Shown: one piece after another, positions 25,119 to 38,734 of the stretch
Position numbering within the stretch: position 1 is the first letter of the stretch
Layout: each line of letters opens with the position of its first letter
Assembly: GCA_012295275.1 (NCBI GenBank)
Contig: CM022677.1
Coordinates: 26,536,001-26,600,000, forward strand
Length of the DNA stretch: 64,000 nt
Direction: 5' to 3'
Origin: Chrysomallon squamiferum
Taxonomy: Eukaryota; Animalia; Mollusca
The notes under the pieces: model-generated
Seen by the model: only the letters and a program-made list of their open reading frames with translations
Database searches by the model: none
Told to the model about the DNA's origin: nothing
Translations under genes and position numbers: made by a program

Positions 25119-25897
25119 TAGTAGTAATTGTTGTTGTTGTTATCAGTATCAAATTGTAATCAGTCCTAAAGATTTTGGACTGTTCTGAAATTTGAAAATG
25201 AAATGAAAGTTTATGAAAGTTAAAATTGTAATAGTAGTAGTAGCTGTTGTTATAGCAGTAAATCATAATTTTAACTATATCTGTATTGTCTGGATCTATT
25301 ATAGAAGATTTTTAAATAATAATAATAATAAGAATAATAATAATAATAATAATAAATAAATAAATAAATAAATAAATACAAAAATATAATAATGGCAATA
25401 ATAATATAATGATTTGTCAATACTACTGCTAAAAAAATAATAATAGTAATAATAAATAATAATAATAATAATAACAATAATGATAAAAATATAATAATAG
25501 TAAGAATACTCAGAAAGTGCTACTACCACTAACAACAACAATACTAATTATAAACACATACAATATAAGAAAGGAAAGTAAATACCTGGACAGGGAGAAA
25601 AACAGTTTTCATAAACTGTTTTTGTGTCCTCTCCAATACAGAGCCGCCCCGTGGGTGACGGCGGAGGGTTATCACAGTATCGCATGTACCTAGTGCGTGC
25701 TGTACCATTACCACACGAGACACTACAATCAGTGTGGTCGATTTTATCCCATGAACCCCAACCTCCATGCACTGGGGATAAAAAGTGGTTGAATTATAAG
25801 TTGTATCAATTACAACAACGACAACGACAACCACAACAACACTCGCTGAAACAGTAATGATAATAACTACAAACTGTCAGAGTAATAAAATAGTATC

Positions 25898-25952
<55 letters not shown>

Positions 25953-26047
25953 TGATGATGAGGACAACAACGACAACAACAACCACCACAACAATTACTG
26001 TAACAGTAAAGATAACTACAAACTATCACAATAATAACATAGTATCG

Positions 26048-26085
<38 letters not shown>

Positions 26086-27594
26086 CATAATAATAATAAC
26101 CATGATGATCAGGACAACAACGACAACAACAACAACAACAACCAATACCAGGGCACTCTTTGCTTGTAAAACATTTCTCGGCGACAGTTTTGTCTTTTCT
26201 GCCTCTGCATGGATTTCCTCCATGTCGGGGCCGCGGAGTGTCGCAACTTCTATATTTAGTAACTTCTCTCACCCCCTCCCCGCCACACGTAACACTGCAG
26301 TCTCCGTTGTGCTTTGTCATCCAGCTACTCCAACCTCCGTGTACTAAAAATATTAGTTTAAAAATTAAGAATTAAGGATTTGAAAGTGAAGCATTTTTTA
26401 TTTTTATTTTTATTTTTATTTTTTTTCATGGTTATTTTATTTTCTGTAGGAAGTAGAAACAAATTAAAATGGAATTAATTATGAATTAAAAGAAAACAAA
26501 TAAGACAGTCTTGACGATCAGAAATAGTGAGAAAAATGAAAAACTAGCTAATTAAATGAATAAATATATTCTAAAAATCCAAAAAGATGGTAGTCGACAA
26601 AAAATGAAATGTAAAATAGAGTAAAAAAAAAAAAATAATAATAATAAGATAGAAAGAAAAAATAAATAGAATAAACAATAAAAAAACAAAAGAACAAAAA
26701 AAACAACAACAAAAAACAATAAATCATATCGAATCAAATGAAAACAAAACAAAACAAAATAAAGTAAAATAAGCCTCATTAACTCGCTGAAAAATGCAAG
26801 ACTAACTAACAGTCAAGTAAAGTTTCTTATGTTCATGGTGTTTAAAGATAAACTGATAAATACCTGGACATATGACAACCCAACAATACTCAGATCTTAG
26901 CTGTTTTCTTTGGCCCTCGCACTCTTTACCATAGTTACTGGGTGGTGGGTTATTGCACTTCCTGATGAAAGTTACAAAACGCAAAGTTCTGCTTCCACAC
27001 GGGCCCGCACAAAGCGGAGCATCTTGTCTTTCCCATTCTCCCCAGCTGCCGTCGACTGACAGAAACAAAATAAAAATAAAAGAAAAATAAATACTTAAAC
27101 AGTCCAAAGAACCATAGAGACAAAAAAAATGAAAAGAAAAGAAAAAAGAAGAAGACAGATGTCAAATGTGCGTGTGTGTGTGTGAACCAGTTTGTAAATT
27201 CATTTTATATGCTTTAAAACATTTATCTATCATTCGATTTTTCAATATGTCTTTCGTCGGCGTAGGCAACAAAATATTAATATTAATAAATACTTAAATT
27301 TTTTTATATGTATATATATATATTTTTTAAATTTTTTGAATTTTATTTTAGTTAATATTAATACGGTTGTGTTGTTCTTCTTCTTGTTGCTGTTGTTTTA
27401 TTTCTTATTATTTAACACATTTCGATACAATATTATTATTATTATTATTATTATTATTTTTATCTGGACACATAAAGGGTATAAAATAGTAATAATAAAC
27501 CTTTTGGAGAAGTACTGATCCTCCAGCTTGCTTCACAGCATGACGCAAATATCAAAACGATTAACAGTCGAGTAAAGTTTGTTATCTTCATCAT
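24368..27594 (-). CDS. G5: type-I membrane protein with 3 TSR; exons 27594-27501, 27055-26864, 26343-26149, 25771-25586, 25017-24915, 24470-24368
   Basis: MMKITNFTRLLIVLIFASCCEASW signal; three TSR exons; TM YNLILIIIAAAIAVLSCITGMLIFK; tail RRKRKGPLLDGNNQSISQQDTENPGLTTSSEKV*; all phases consistent. Confidence 0.9.
24915..25017 (-). CDS. G5 transmembrane exon (103 nt)
   Basis: EHSSKSFDTDYNLILIIIAAAIAVLSCITGMLIFK. Confidence 0.85.
25586..25771 (-). CDS. G5 membrane-proximal TSR exon (186 nt)
   Basis: VHGGWGSWDKIDHTDCSVSCGNGT...CFSPCP. Confidence 0.9.
26149..26343 (-). CDS. G5 TSR exon (195 nt)
   Basis: VHGGWSSWMTKHNGDCSVTCGGEG...CFTSKECP. Confidence 0.9.
26864..27055 (-). CDS. G5 N-terminal TSR exon (192 nt)
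   Basis: VDGSWGEWERQDAPLCAGPCGSRT...CWVVICP. Confidence 0.9.
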
Positions 27595-28541
27595 GTTTAA
27601 ACCTGAACTAAAAAAATAATACATATATATTATTTATTTATTTATTTATATTTTTGACTGTGGGATTGCTGGATTTAACATCATATGGAGTTAGACAAAT
27701 GACTTTTGAAAAAAAAATAAAAATGAACGAAGAAAAGAAGTAGAGATCATCGCAGATTTACTGAAGTATACTTATATATAAAACAATATATCACATCCAC
27801 ACCCACATACACTCGCATATACATACATACACTTGCAACAGGTATCGCTCTCTCTCTCGTTATTTATTTTTATTTTAATTTAATTTTTTCTTCTTCTTAA
27901 ATGTAAGGGACAATGATACTGACAGCAGAGAACTTTAGTGACAAGTACTTCTTGTGGGTTGCATTTTTTACGTCTAATAATTTTTCCAAGTTCAAAACAT
28001 AAAAATTAAATTCGAATAATAAAATGTTTTTTTCTTAATAAACTTTCTTACCTGAATACCGTATCTAGATTGTTAACGGCGTCCACGTTATCTGATCAAT
28101 CAAAAAGGTTCATTCCAATCACGTGTTTCTCACGACAACTTACTTTAAATATCGAAATAAGATTTCTGCATATAATTTTGACAAAGAAAAGAGGTCAGGA
28201 TTCATGGCGTCATACTGATAATAACTTTCCTGCTTAGAATACGTACCTAAGATTTACTTTTATTCTTGTTTTCTTTAAAACCATTTGAAAAAATAAAATA
28301 AAACTGCAAATATTATAACAAATTGTTATAATTATTATAAATATAAATTTAAATACACACAAAAAGAATGCTAAGAATTAGAAGTATCGTCTGCTACCAT
28401 TATCCGAAGCCGAGTTATTTTATTTAAAATAAAACTAAAACATATAAGAGTTTTGAAAATATATTTCTCTTACATATTCCATGAAAGAGGAATCAACATA
28501 AAAACAAAGAAAGATGTAATCAAATCTGACAGCTCTAGTGT

Positions 28542-28629
28542 TGACCTACTTAGGACATAATTATTACATTGCTTCTTCCTGACTCCTTTCTTCTTCTCCT
28601 TTTGGAAGCGAGGCAAACAAATGACGTCA
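28542..28629 (-). promoter_or_regulatory. G5 conserved 5' block with perfect CRE
   Basis: Minus strand TGACGTCATTTGTTTGCCTCGCTT and TAAGTAGGTCA. Confidence 0.6.
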
Positions 28630-28677
28630 TACAAAAATATATGTCAGTGCCCTGAAATATCTAGCCAGACTAGCATT

Positions 28678-28745
<68 letters not shown>

Positions 28746-28850
28746 AACGAACAAAACAATAACTCAAAACTCCCAGCGATGTTTATTATTATTAAATTAT
28801 GTAAAGAAGGAAAATTCTAATAATAATAATAATAATAATAATATAAGAAA

Positions 28851-28890
<40 letters not shown>

Positions 28891-29058
28891 TTTTAATTAA
28901 TTAGTTAATATATATATATGAGATTTTAGGAATGCGAATTTGTACGTGATTTTAATACGTTCATTTGACATGAAAAAGGCGAACACAGTAGTAATAATGT
29001 GTTATATCAAATAAAATACAAATCATGGTTAAAAAGAGAAAAGAGCATCTGTATATGG

Positions 29059-29105
<47 letters not shown>

Positions 29106-30705
29106 AAATGAAACTTGAAGACGATAGAGAATTTTGTGTACCTATGGTGAACAGTCCCCCAGAACTGAATTTTACGCTGGTTACATGTCACATCCTAGAC
29201 CCCACCCTCATAAAACATGGGTCTCCTACAGCTCCTAGATAAAACATGGGTCTCCTACAGCTTAAATGTAATACTAGAACATATCTTAGAGTATTCCACA
29301 AGGAAGCTGAACTGTATCATCTAACTGAAGAAAGCGGGATGTCATGGAACATAATACTCTTTGTCTACATGAGTACCAAATATAAAATACATTGTGATTC
29401 CTATTCTTACATCAGTTGTAAAATAAAACAAGATAAATTTAATTATGTTATATATATAGTTTCATCTGTATGACTAACCCTAATAACTAAAATACACTGA
29501 GATAACTAAATACCACATCTAAACATAATGTAAACATTTTTGATGGATATTACTAAGCTGAAAGGATTTATCTACATGTTAAACTATTCAAATCCTTTCC
29601 AGACATTTTTTTAAAAATATTGCTGAATGATAACTCTATATTAATTTTACAAATAAAGATATATATAAGGTGATTTTGTTTTATTTATACTATGCAGATT
29701 AATTTATCTTTCAGTTTCATCATTTTTAAATGATAAAGTTAATTATGTTTAAGGCTGGGACATCAAGGAAATTTAATCTGGGTAATAAGTTGAAAGATCT
29801 TGTATATGATTGTAATCAGTGAATTTTAGAATAACCAAATCTTGTTTCACTTAGACATTATTTACATATAAATAAAACAGACAAACAGATATATATTAAT
29901 TATTAATGTCATATTCAGTGCAGATGTATAGATGTTAGTAACAGTATAGAAGTAAAATATTATAGCCAATGTTATTTTCAAAAGCATGATGGAAACTTTC
30001 GTTTTACAAAGACATATTATAATTGCACAATAGATAGATTTCCATGGATGTTACTAAGGTTGTATAAATAAAAATTAAGTAAATTATAGTATTTTATATA
30101 TATATTACAAACTATGTGTGACATGTATCCAGTATCAGTTCTGTATTAGCCACTCTGAGGTGGGGGTGTCATCACTCACCAGGTGACTCATTGTCGCTGC
30201 TTTTAAAGTACACACTTTTAATTTTGAAACTGGCAGATTTTATTTAAAATTATTAAAATATTTTTGTTATTAATCATTCATTTTCTGTTTTTTACTTTTT
30301 TACTTTTTAAATAAATTACTGAAAATAATTTTTGTTTAGGCCAAATTCAGCTCGTATTTTGAAACATAAACTGAAACAATTAAATAAAATAAGTAGGTGA
30401 AAATTTTGAATGTTCACAAAAATCTTTAGATATTAAAACAAATTCTCAGTGAAATGTCACATCTTGGTACACAGATGATGTTGTGTCATGTGGTTTTTCT
30501 TTCAACCTGAAAAAATTTACCAATTAAACTCAGACACAAAGATAAACATGTTAAACAGTAAACTGTTCCATTCTTCTCTCTCATGTAGTCTTGTTTCTTT
30601 TATGTGTATTATATGTATATAATAAACATGTTTGTAAAATACCTTGTGTCCTCACTAGAATATAGCTACTGTACATTTCTTTGAAACTATAATCTGTTTT
30701 TCTCT

Positions 30706-30880
30706 GGCTGTGTAATATAATCTGTATGTGTAAGGCTGTGTAATATAATCTGTATGTATAAGGCTGTGTAATATAATCTGTATGTGTAAGGCTGTGTAAT
30801 ATAATCTGTATGTGTAAGGCTGTGTAATATAATCTGTATGTGTAAGGCTGTGTAATACAGTCTGTATGTGTAAGGCTGTG
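30706..30880. repeat. 28-bp tandem repeat, ~6 copies
   Basis: GGCTGTGTAATATAATCTGTATGTGTAA repeated. Confidence 0.9.
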
Positions 30881-30959
30881 TGTGCAATGTCTGTATAATA
30901 TCAGTTTGTTTATTTTATGTTACTCACTTTTCCTGTCTCTATGATATAGGTATATGTCA

Positions 30960-33220
30960 TTTTGTTATGTTATGTGTTGATCTTGTTCTCTGTGTAGTGT
31001 GTTTGATGTATGTAAATTTATGTTATATGTTGATCTATTTCTCTATGTTGTGTGTTTGGTGTGTGTAAGTTTGTTTATGTTATGTGTTGATCTCTTTCTC
31101 TGTGTAGTGTGTTTGATGTATGTAAGTTTGTTTATGTTATGTGTTGATCTCTTTCTAGGTGTAGTGTGTTTGATGTATGTAAGTTTGTTTATGTTATGTG
31201 TTGATCTCTTTCTAGATGTAGTGTGTTTGGTGTATGTAAGTTTGTTTATGTTATGTGTTGATCTCTTTCTCTGTGTAGTGTGTTTAGTGTGTGTAAGTGT
31301 GTTTATGTTATGTGTTGATCTCTTTCTCTGTGTAGTGTGTTTGGTGTATGTAAGTTTGTTTATGTTATGTGTTGATCTCTTTCTCTGTGTAGTGTGTTTG
31401 ATGTATGTAAGTTTGTTTATGTTATGTGTTGATCTCTTTCTCTGTGTAGTGTGTTTGATGTATGTAAGTTTGTTTATGTTATGTGTTGATCTCTTTCTAG
31501 ATGTAGTGTGTTTGATGTATGTAAGTTTGTTTATGTTATGTGTTGATCTCTTTCTAGATGTAGTGTGTTTGATGTATGTAAGTTTGTTTATGTTATGTGT
31601 TGATCTCTTTCTCTGTGTAGTGTGTTTGATGTATGTAAGTTTGTTTATGATATGTGTTGATCTCTTTCTCTGTGTAGTGTGTTTGGTGTATGTAAGTTTG
31701 TTTATGTTATGTGTTGATCTCTTTCTAGATGTAGTGTGTTTGATGTATGTAAGTTTGTTTATGTTATGTGTTGATCTCTTTCTAGATGTAGTGTGTTTGA
31801 TGTATGTAAGTTTGTTTATGTTATGTGTTGATCTCTTTCTCTGTGTAGTGTTTAGTGTATGTAAGTTTGTTTATGATATGTGTTGATCTCTTTCTAGTGT
31901 AGTGTGTTTGGTGTATGTAAGTTTGTTTATGATATGTGTTGATCTCTTTCTCTGTGTAGTGTTTATGTGTATGTAAGTTTGTTTATGATATGTGTTGATC
32001 TCTTTCTCTGTGTAGTGTGTTTGATGTATGTAAGTTTGTTTATGTTATGTGTTGATCTCTTTCTCTGTGTAGTGTGTTTGGTGTATGTAAGTTTGTTTAT
32101 GTTATGTGTTGATCTCTTTCTATGTGTAGTGTGTTTGGTGTATGTAAGTTTGTTTATGTTATGTGTTGATCTCTTTCTTGATCTCTTTCTCTGTGTAGTG
32201 TGTTTGATGTATGTAAGTTTGTTTATGTTATGTGTTGATCTCTTTCTCTGTGTAGTGTGTTTCGTGTATGTAAGTTTGTTTATGTTATGTGTTGATCTCT
32301 TTCTAGATGTAGTGTGTTTGATGTATGTAAGTTTGTTTATGTTATGTGTTGATCTCTTTCTAGATGTAGTGTTTCGTGTATGTAAGTTTGTTTATGTTAT
32401 GTGTTGATCTCTTTCTCTGTGTAGTGTGTTTGGTGTATGTAAGTTTGTTTATGTTATGTGTTGATCTCTTTCTAGATGTAGTGTGTTTGATGTATGTAAG
32501 TTTGTTTATGATATGTGTTGATCTCTTTCTCTGTGTAGTGTGTTTAGTGTGTGTAAGTTTGTTTATGTTATGTGTTGATCTCTTTCTCTGTGTAGTGTGT
32601 TTGATGTATGTAAGTTTGTTTATGTTATGTGTTGATCTCTTTCTAGATGTAGTGTGTTTGATGTATGTAAGTTTGTTTATGATATGTGTTGATCTCTTTC
32701 TCTGTGTAGTGTGTTTGATGTATGTAAGTTTGTTTATGATATGTGTTGATCTCTTTCTCTGTGTAGTGTGTTTGATGTATGTAAGTTTGTTTATGTTATG
32801 TGTTGATCTCTTTCTCTGTGTAGTGTTTTTGTGTATGTAAGTTTGTTTATGTTATGTGTTGATCTCTTTCTAGATGTAGTGTGTTTGATGTATGTAAGGT
32901 TGTTTATGTTATGTGTTGATCTCTTTCTCTGTGTAGTGTGTTTGGTGTATGTAAGTTTGTTTATGTTATGTGTTGATCTCTTTCTCTGTGTAGTGTGTTT
33001 GATGTATGTAAGTTTGTTTATGTTATGTGTTGATCTCTTTCTCTGTGTAGTGTGTTTGATGTATGTAAGTTTGTTTATGTTATGTGTTGATCTCTTTCTC
33101 TGTGTAGTGTTTTGAGTGTGTATGTAAGTTTGTTTATGTTATGTGTTGATCTCTTTCTCTGTGTAGTGTTTAGTGTATGTAAGTTTGTTTATGTTATGTT
33201 TTGATCTCTTTCTCTGTGCA
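30960..33220. repeat. 57-bp minisatellite, roughly 39 copies
   Basis: Unit TGTATGTAAGTTTGTTTATGTTATGTGTTGATCTCTTTCTCTGTGTAGTGTGTTTGA; gives the 19-aa-periodic ORFs. Confidence 0.95.
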
Positions 33221-34342
33221 GTGTTTAATGTATGTTTATGTATGCAAATCTCTATTTCTACGACTGTGTAGTATAGTTTTTAAATGTAGGCGTGTCTGTA
33301 TTTGTATTTGTATATAGGTAAATGTGTTTTCCTCTTGCTATGCATTATAGGCTATCTGGAGCCTTGTTTGTATATGTATATATCTAAATTTCTTTTCCTC
33401 TGATTTGCATTACAATTTTAATGTGTTGGGATCGTTTATATGTATGTGTATTTTCTATATAGTTTTGTCTACATTTGTATCATTATATAAACATACGCAA
33501 ATACATATAAAAACATCACAGGATATATACAATAAAAACAACATAAAAACTAATACACAACAAAGGATCACGGTATTATATAAATAGAAAACATAAATAA
33601 TACATGTGTACACTGAAAATGATGACATTCAGTCTGTTGACACTATATATTATAAACAAATTATATAAATCAAGTTTTCTCAAATTTCATCGAATCAGCT
33701 GTTATTATCTCTTATTTATTTCAAAAACTGTTCACCATTGGGAAATCACGAAATTTACCTTTATAGATTTACTTACGTTTTAATCAAATTATTTTAAAAT
33801 TATTTTATTAATGTGGTAATTTTAAGAATTCACATTCTTAAAGTCTAACGATGGCAGATTCGACAACGATCCAAATGCACAAAGTTTTACCCTTGAAAAC
33901 GTAAAATTATATCGACCTCTGCGATTGTAAATATTATCTTTAGAATACAAGGTCTATTAGAACGATACAGATTTTGATTATTGTAACAGTGTCTACGACT
34001 GGATACATTTGATTACGTAAATATTTAGCAGAAATAAAAATAATTTCCTACCTTAACTCATAGAATTCCTAGCAAGAGAAAAACCACAAGACCACAACGA
34101 TGGCTGCGCACCGTGACGTTATTTCTATTATTGACGTCATTCGTGAAATGTTCGGCAAATATCGTTTATCGTATGTAAGGGGCAATCCATATTCATCGAG
34201 GGAGGGGAACAGGTTGTCCTGTCCAGTTCGTACTGTTCGCAGGGGAAGGGGGAATAGGAAATAAAGAGGAGTGGAAAATATTTCCAATTTTTATTGTTAC
34301 CATGCATGTAGTCTATCAAGGGTATTTTAATCACTGACAAAA

Positions 34343-34398
<56 letters not shown>

Positions 34399-34544
34399 CT
34401 ATGACAGGAGCACCAACAGTTTGTGGCTGGTTTGTAGCTTGTTTGCTAGTTTGTTTGTTTGGTTTTGTTCTGTATTTTTGATATATTTATTATTTATTAA
34501 TCTTTTTTGTTTTTGTTTTATTGTTAGCAAATACCATCTAAAAG

Positions 34545-34601
<57 letters not shown>

Positions 34602-35023
34602 TATTTAAAAAAAAGAAAAAAAGAATGAACACAAGAAAAAGACAAGGCGGGAGATTAGAAATAAGTAACATGCTTGACGTCATTTCCTCACCACTTCTAC
34701 AAAATGGCCTCGGAAAATCAGAAGATAAATTAGAAACAATTTAATATCTATCATTTAGAAATTAATTTTCATAATTACTTCTATTCTACATGCTGTCGAT
34801 ATAATTCACAGCGCGCAAGAAAATATAATTATTATGAACATTTAGTTCTTTAATTCTTTATATAAAGTAAAACACTTTTTCTTCAAGTGAACTTTCAAGG
34901 GAAGGATTTAGTAAACTTGCAGACGTTTCAATCAAATACTAATTATTTAATTTCACTTGTATTGTAATTGACGGATAACTGAATTATATGAAACGTATAT
35001 TTAATTTCGAATAGTCGGACATC

Positions 35024-35484
35024 ATGAAGATTACAAACAACATTCGTCTGTTCGTCCTGTCTTCGTACCTCACACAGTGTCAGTTATTTAATCCACAGTT
35101 TATTCCCAGAGGTTTGTAATTTTTCCTTTTTATTTGAATTCATTACCTTTATTAAAATGCTTCAAGTAAAATATCAATAAATGACAATTTTCAAGGATAT
35201 CACTATGCACATTATGATAGGTACAGATTATAATTAGTGGTCTAAATCTAGGTAACGGGGAGTAGCCTGGGTGACAGTAGTAGAACACAAGGCGATGGAA
35301 ATATTACAGAAAAACAAGTGCTTGTAACTATGCTACAGAATTCATTATACTTATAACATTTAACCTAGTGATCCCAACATTACAGGTTATTTGAAATGGA
35401 ATCACTGAAAAAATATTCAAATTAGAGTGCTGAAAGTTAAAAAAGAATGTTAAGAACACAAGATTTTTATATATTTATATCTGC

Positions 35485-35516
<32 letters not shown>

Positions 35517-36090
35517 ATCCAATATGGACAAAGCTAAAAAATGAGTAGATATTGGTTTTAAATTAAAGGTTGATGTTTTATATTTTTCTTGGAATGCCTA
35601 TTAAAATGTGCATTCTGAACATAATCAAATATATGACATAAATAAGTTTATGTTTTTCCTTATTCCCTAGGAAATAAATTTCCAATACCTTTCAATTAAA
35701 TTATAGATAACTTCTTTTTTCTCTTTTTCTTTATTTTCTGAAAGGTTTGGTAATCCTCTTCAAGCACATTTGACATAGGAAGAATGAAATTAAATTAAAT
35801 CATGAAATGAATGCTGCTGCCTGTTAAACTATCTCTTTCTAACCACACATGTACATACACACACACAGACACAAAGATGCACACACACATAGATGCACAC
35901 ACACACAGACACAAAGAGAGTTTATGTTAAAGAGTTTAAGAGGCAAGTGTTGGCATTTACTTCTATGTGTGCGCTTATATATTGTGTCTGTATGTAAAAA
36001 GTCATCTTATTTTAAAAGTAACAAATTTCTTTCTACACACAGCATCTATAAAATATATAAAAGCCACATATCCAACCCACCATTAACTTG

Positions 36091-36171
<81 letters not shown>

Positions 36172-37295
36172 GTATATTTTGGTTTTTGATTTTTTCCAGT
36201 TAATGGAGGCTGGGGTACTTGGTTACGAGGTCACACTCCAGACTGTTCAGGTCCGTGTGCCTCAGAGGGACAAAGAACTGTGCCGTTTGTCAGATTCTGT
36301 GAAAGACCAATGCCCACTAGCAGAGGCCTGCGTTGTGAAGGTGAAGCTCTGAAACAGGTTGTAGAAAAATGTCACACCCCAGACTGTCCAGGTATTTTCT
36401 TAATTTTATTTATGTTTACATTAATTTTTGTTTTTCCACAGGAGAGAATAAAAAATAATAATAATGAGTGTCTACATATGTATCTATATGTGTTATTGTT
36501 TTTGTGGAATTCTTCTTTTATTTTTTTAAGTAATAATTTATGTTTGTTTTATTATTCTATGTTTAGATTCATCAGTTTCTAAAAAATATATAAATACTTT
36601 TTCAATTTCATGTCTTGAGTTTATGTCTCTAGTTTATTGTCTAGAAAATTAATAAGTAATAGCCTGTAATTTTAGTTTAAATTATTATTATCAGAGATTT
36701 CATCTTTCTTTGTTTTTAGTTATAAGTTTTACATTAAAATAATTTTTTGTTTCTTTATATTATGAAACATTCATATGAATAATTACATCATTGACTGCTA
36801 TTAATTATAAACAATGAACAACAGTTTTTACTTTGTATTATTGAAGTATATAATGTTTTTAATAAAGACATTTTGTTTTTGAAGTGGATGGTGGGTGGGG
36901 TCTGTGGCTTACGAAGGAGGTGGGGAGCTGCAGTGCAACCTGTGGGGAAGGAACCCAAGTGGCAAGGATCATTCGACATTGTTCTAACCCTGCTCCTGCA
37001 AATGGAGGAGCCAACTGTTCTGGTGCTGCGGAGAGCACTTTACTGGAAAAATGTTTTTCTAACTGTCCTGGTATTTTAACTTGTTTTCTTGTCCGTTTTA
37101 ATTTATTTTTATTATTATTATTATATAATTATATATATGTTTTTTTAAATGGAACATTTTTTTCTCCTTGTCCTCATATTTGAACTTGTTATTTCTTTCT
37201 GTCTGTTTTTTCATTTGTTTCTTTTTCTTTTTATTATTTTTTTTATTTATTTATTTATAAATTTTATTAATTCGTTCTTTTCTTTCTTCCTTCCT

Positions 37296-37327
<32 letters not shown>

Positions 37328-38734
37328 CTGTTATTATTATATCTGTATTTGTTTCATTTACTTTATTTACTTTATCAGGGACACCTGTTTAATCGAAAAA
37401 ATTTGATTTTAATTTTTTTTCTTTATTTCTGTCATTTTAATTAATTAATTTATTTATGTATTTACTTTGATTATTTATTTATTTACTTATTTATTTATGT
37501 ACTTTGATTATTTATTTATTTTGTTTACTTTTATTTTTATTAAATTTTTAATTGTTTTATTTATTTTGCAAGAGAAAATTCTTTAACGCAAGAAAGCTTT
37601 TATCTTTTACTGGTGTTTAGCTTTTTTTTCCACTTTCCCTTATCCTTTATTTCATTTAGATTTTGCTTATATTGTACTTCAGTTAATTAATATTTTATTT
37701 ATCTGAAATCATTTTTGGATTAACTAAATAATTTATTTATTATTTTTAATAATTTTTAAAGTGCATTAGTTTTAAATTTTTCTTGTTTATTATAGACTTT
37801 CTTATTGATTTTTAAAGTATATTTCTTCTTAATTTTTACTGAGCACCATGTTTTAAAAATTAATTTTTAAAAAGCTATCTGATATAATTTTGTAAAATAT
37901 ATTTGAATGTCTTTTAAATTTTTAAATTAAATTTCAAAATGTTTTTCATTTTTTCCAAAAACAATTGGTTTTGTTAATTTATCTTATTAAATATTAAAAA
38001 CTGTTAATGCATTTTAAAATATCTACTGGGTTCTTTTGTTGTTATTATTTTATTTTTTTTACTTTATTAAACTTTTTAAAATTTTATTCTTTCTATTCAG
38101 TTAGTATGTTGAAACATTTCATAAAAAAAAAATTAAATGAATAAAAAATTGAGAATTTATATTGAAAACTGAAAAAAACCCACATCCACACTATATTAAT
38201 ATTAATAATGTTATAAAAAAAATAAAACATTTTCCTATATATGACTAATAAGAAGATACATATTCTAATTTATAGAAATAAATATAGAAATAAATTATGA
38301 TTACTAACTGTTTTTGTTTTTTTCTTTTACATTGTAGAACAGAGTTTCAAATTATTAAACTCTTCCTTTGATTTGATACTAACAATAATAGCAGCAACAG
38401 GGGGAATTATCCTGTTTCTTACTGGAACCTATCTCTTAAGGTAATTATATTTTCAACACACACACACACACACAAATGTATGCATATGCATACTAATTGT
38501 TTAAGTTTTTTTATTGTTTCAGCATACACACCCATACACACACACACACATACAGAGACAGAGACAAACAGACATATGTAAACACACATTAAACTAGTAT
38601 TTTTTGTTATCTCTTCATTAATGAGGAGGCGACGCAGACGAAGAAGGCTGATAAAGAAAGAAGGAACTCAGCCAGGAATAGAGTCTTCAGAAAATCCTGC
38701 CCTAACAGTGTCCAGTGAAAAAGTCGAAACATAA
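35024..38734 (+). CDS. G6: type-I membrane protein with 2 TSR; exons 35024-35111, 36200-36391, 36885-37070, 38338-38440, ~38626-38734
   Basis: MKITNNIRLFVLSSYLTQC signal-like; TM FDLILTIIAATGGIILFLTGTYLLR; tail RRRRRRRLIKKEGTQPGIESSENPALTVSSEKVET* (weak GAG acceptor). Confidence 0.85.
36200..36391 (+). CDS. G6 N-terminal TSR exon (192 nt)
   Basis: VNGGWGTWLRGHTPDCSGPCASEG...CHTPDCP. Confidence 0.9.
36885..37070 (+). CDS. G6 membrane-proximal TSR exon (186 nt)
   Basis: VDGGWGLWLTKEVGSCSATCGEGT...CFSNCP. Confidence 0.9.
38338..38440 (+). CDS. G6 transmembrane exon (103 nt)
   Basis: EQSFKLLNSSFDLILTIIAATGGIILFLTGTYLLR. Confidence 0.85.

Noticed and set aside
30999-33115. Long hydrophobic ORFs (up to 295 aa)
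   Set aside because: Translation of a 57-bp minisatellite with frequent frame breaks; no splice or coding context.
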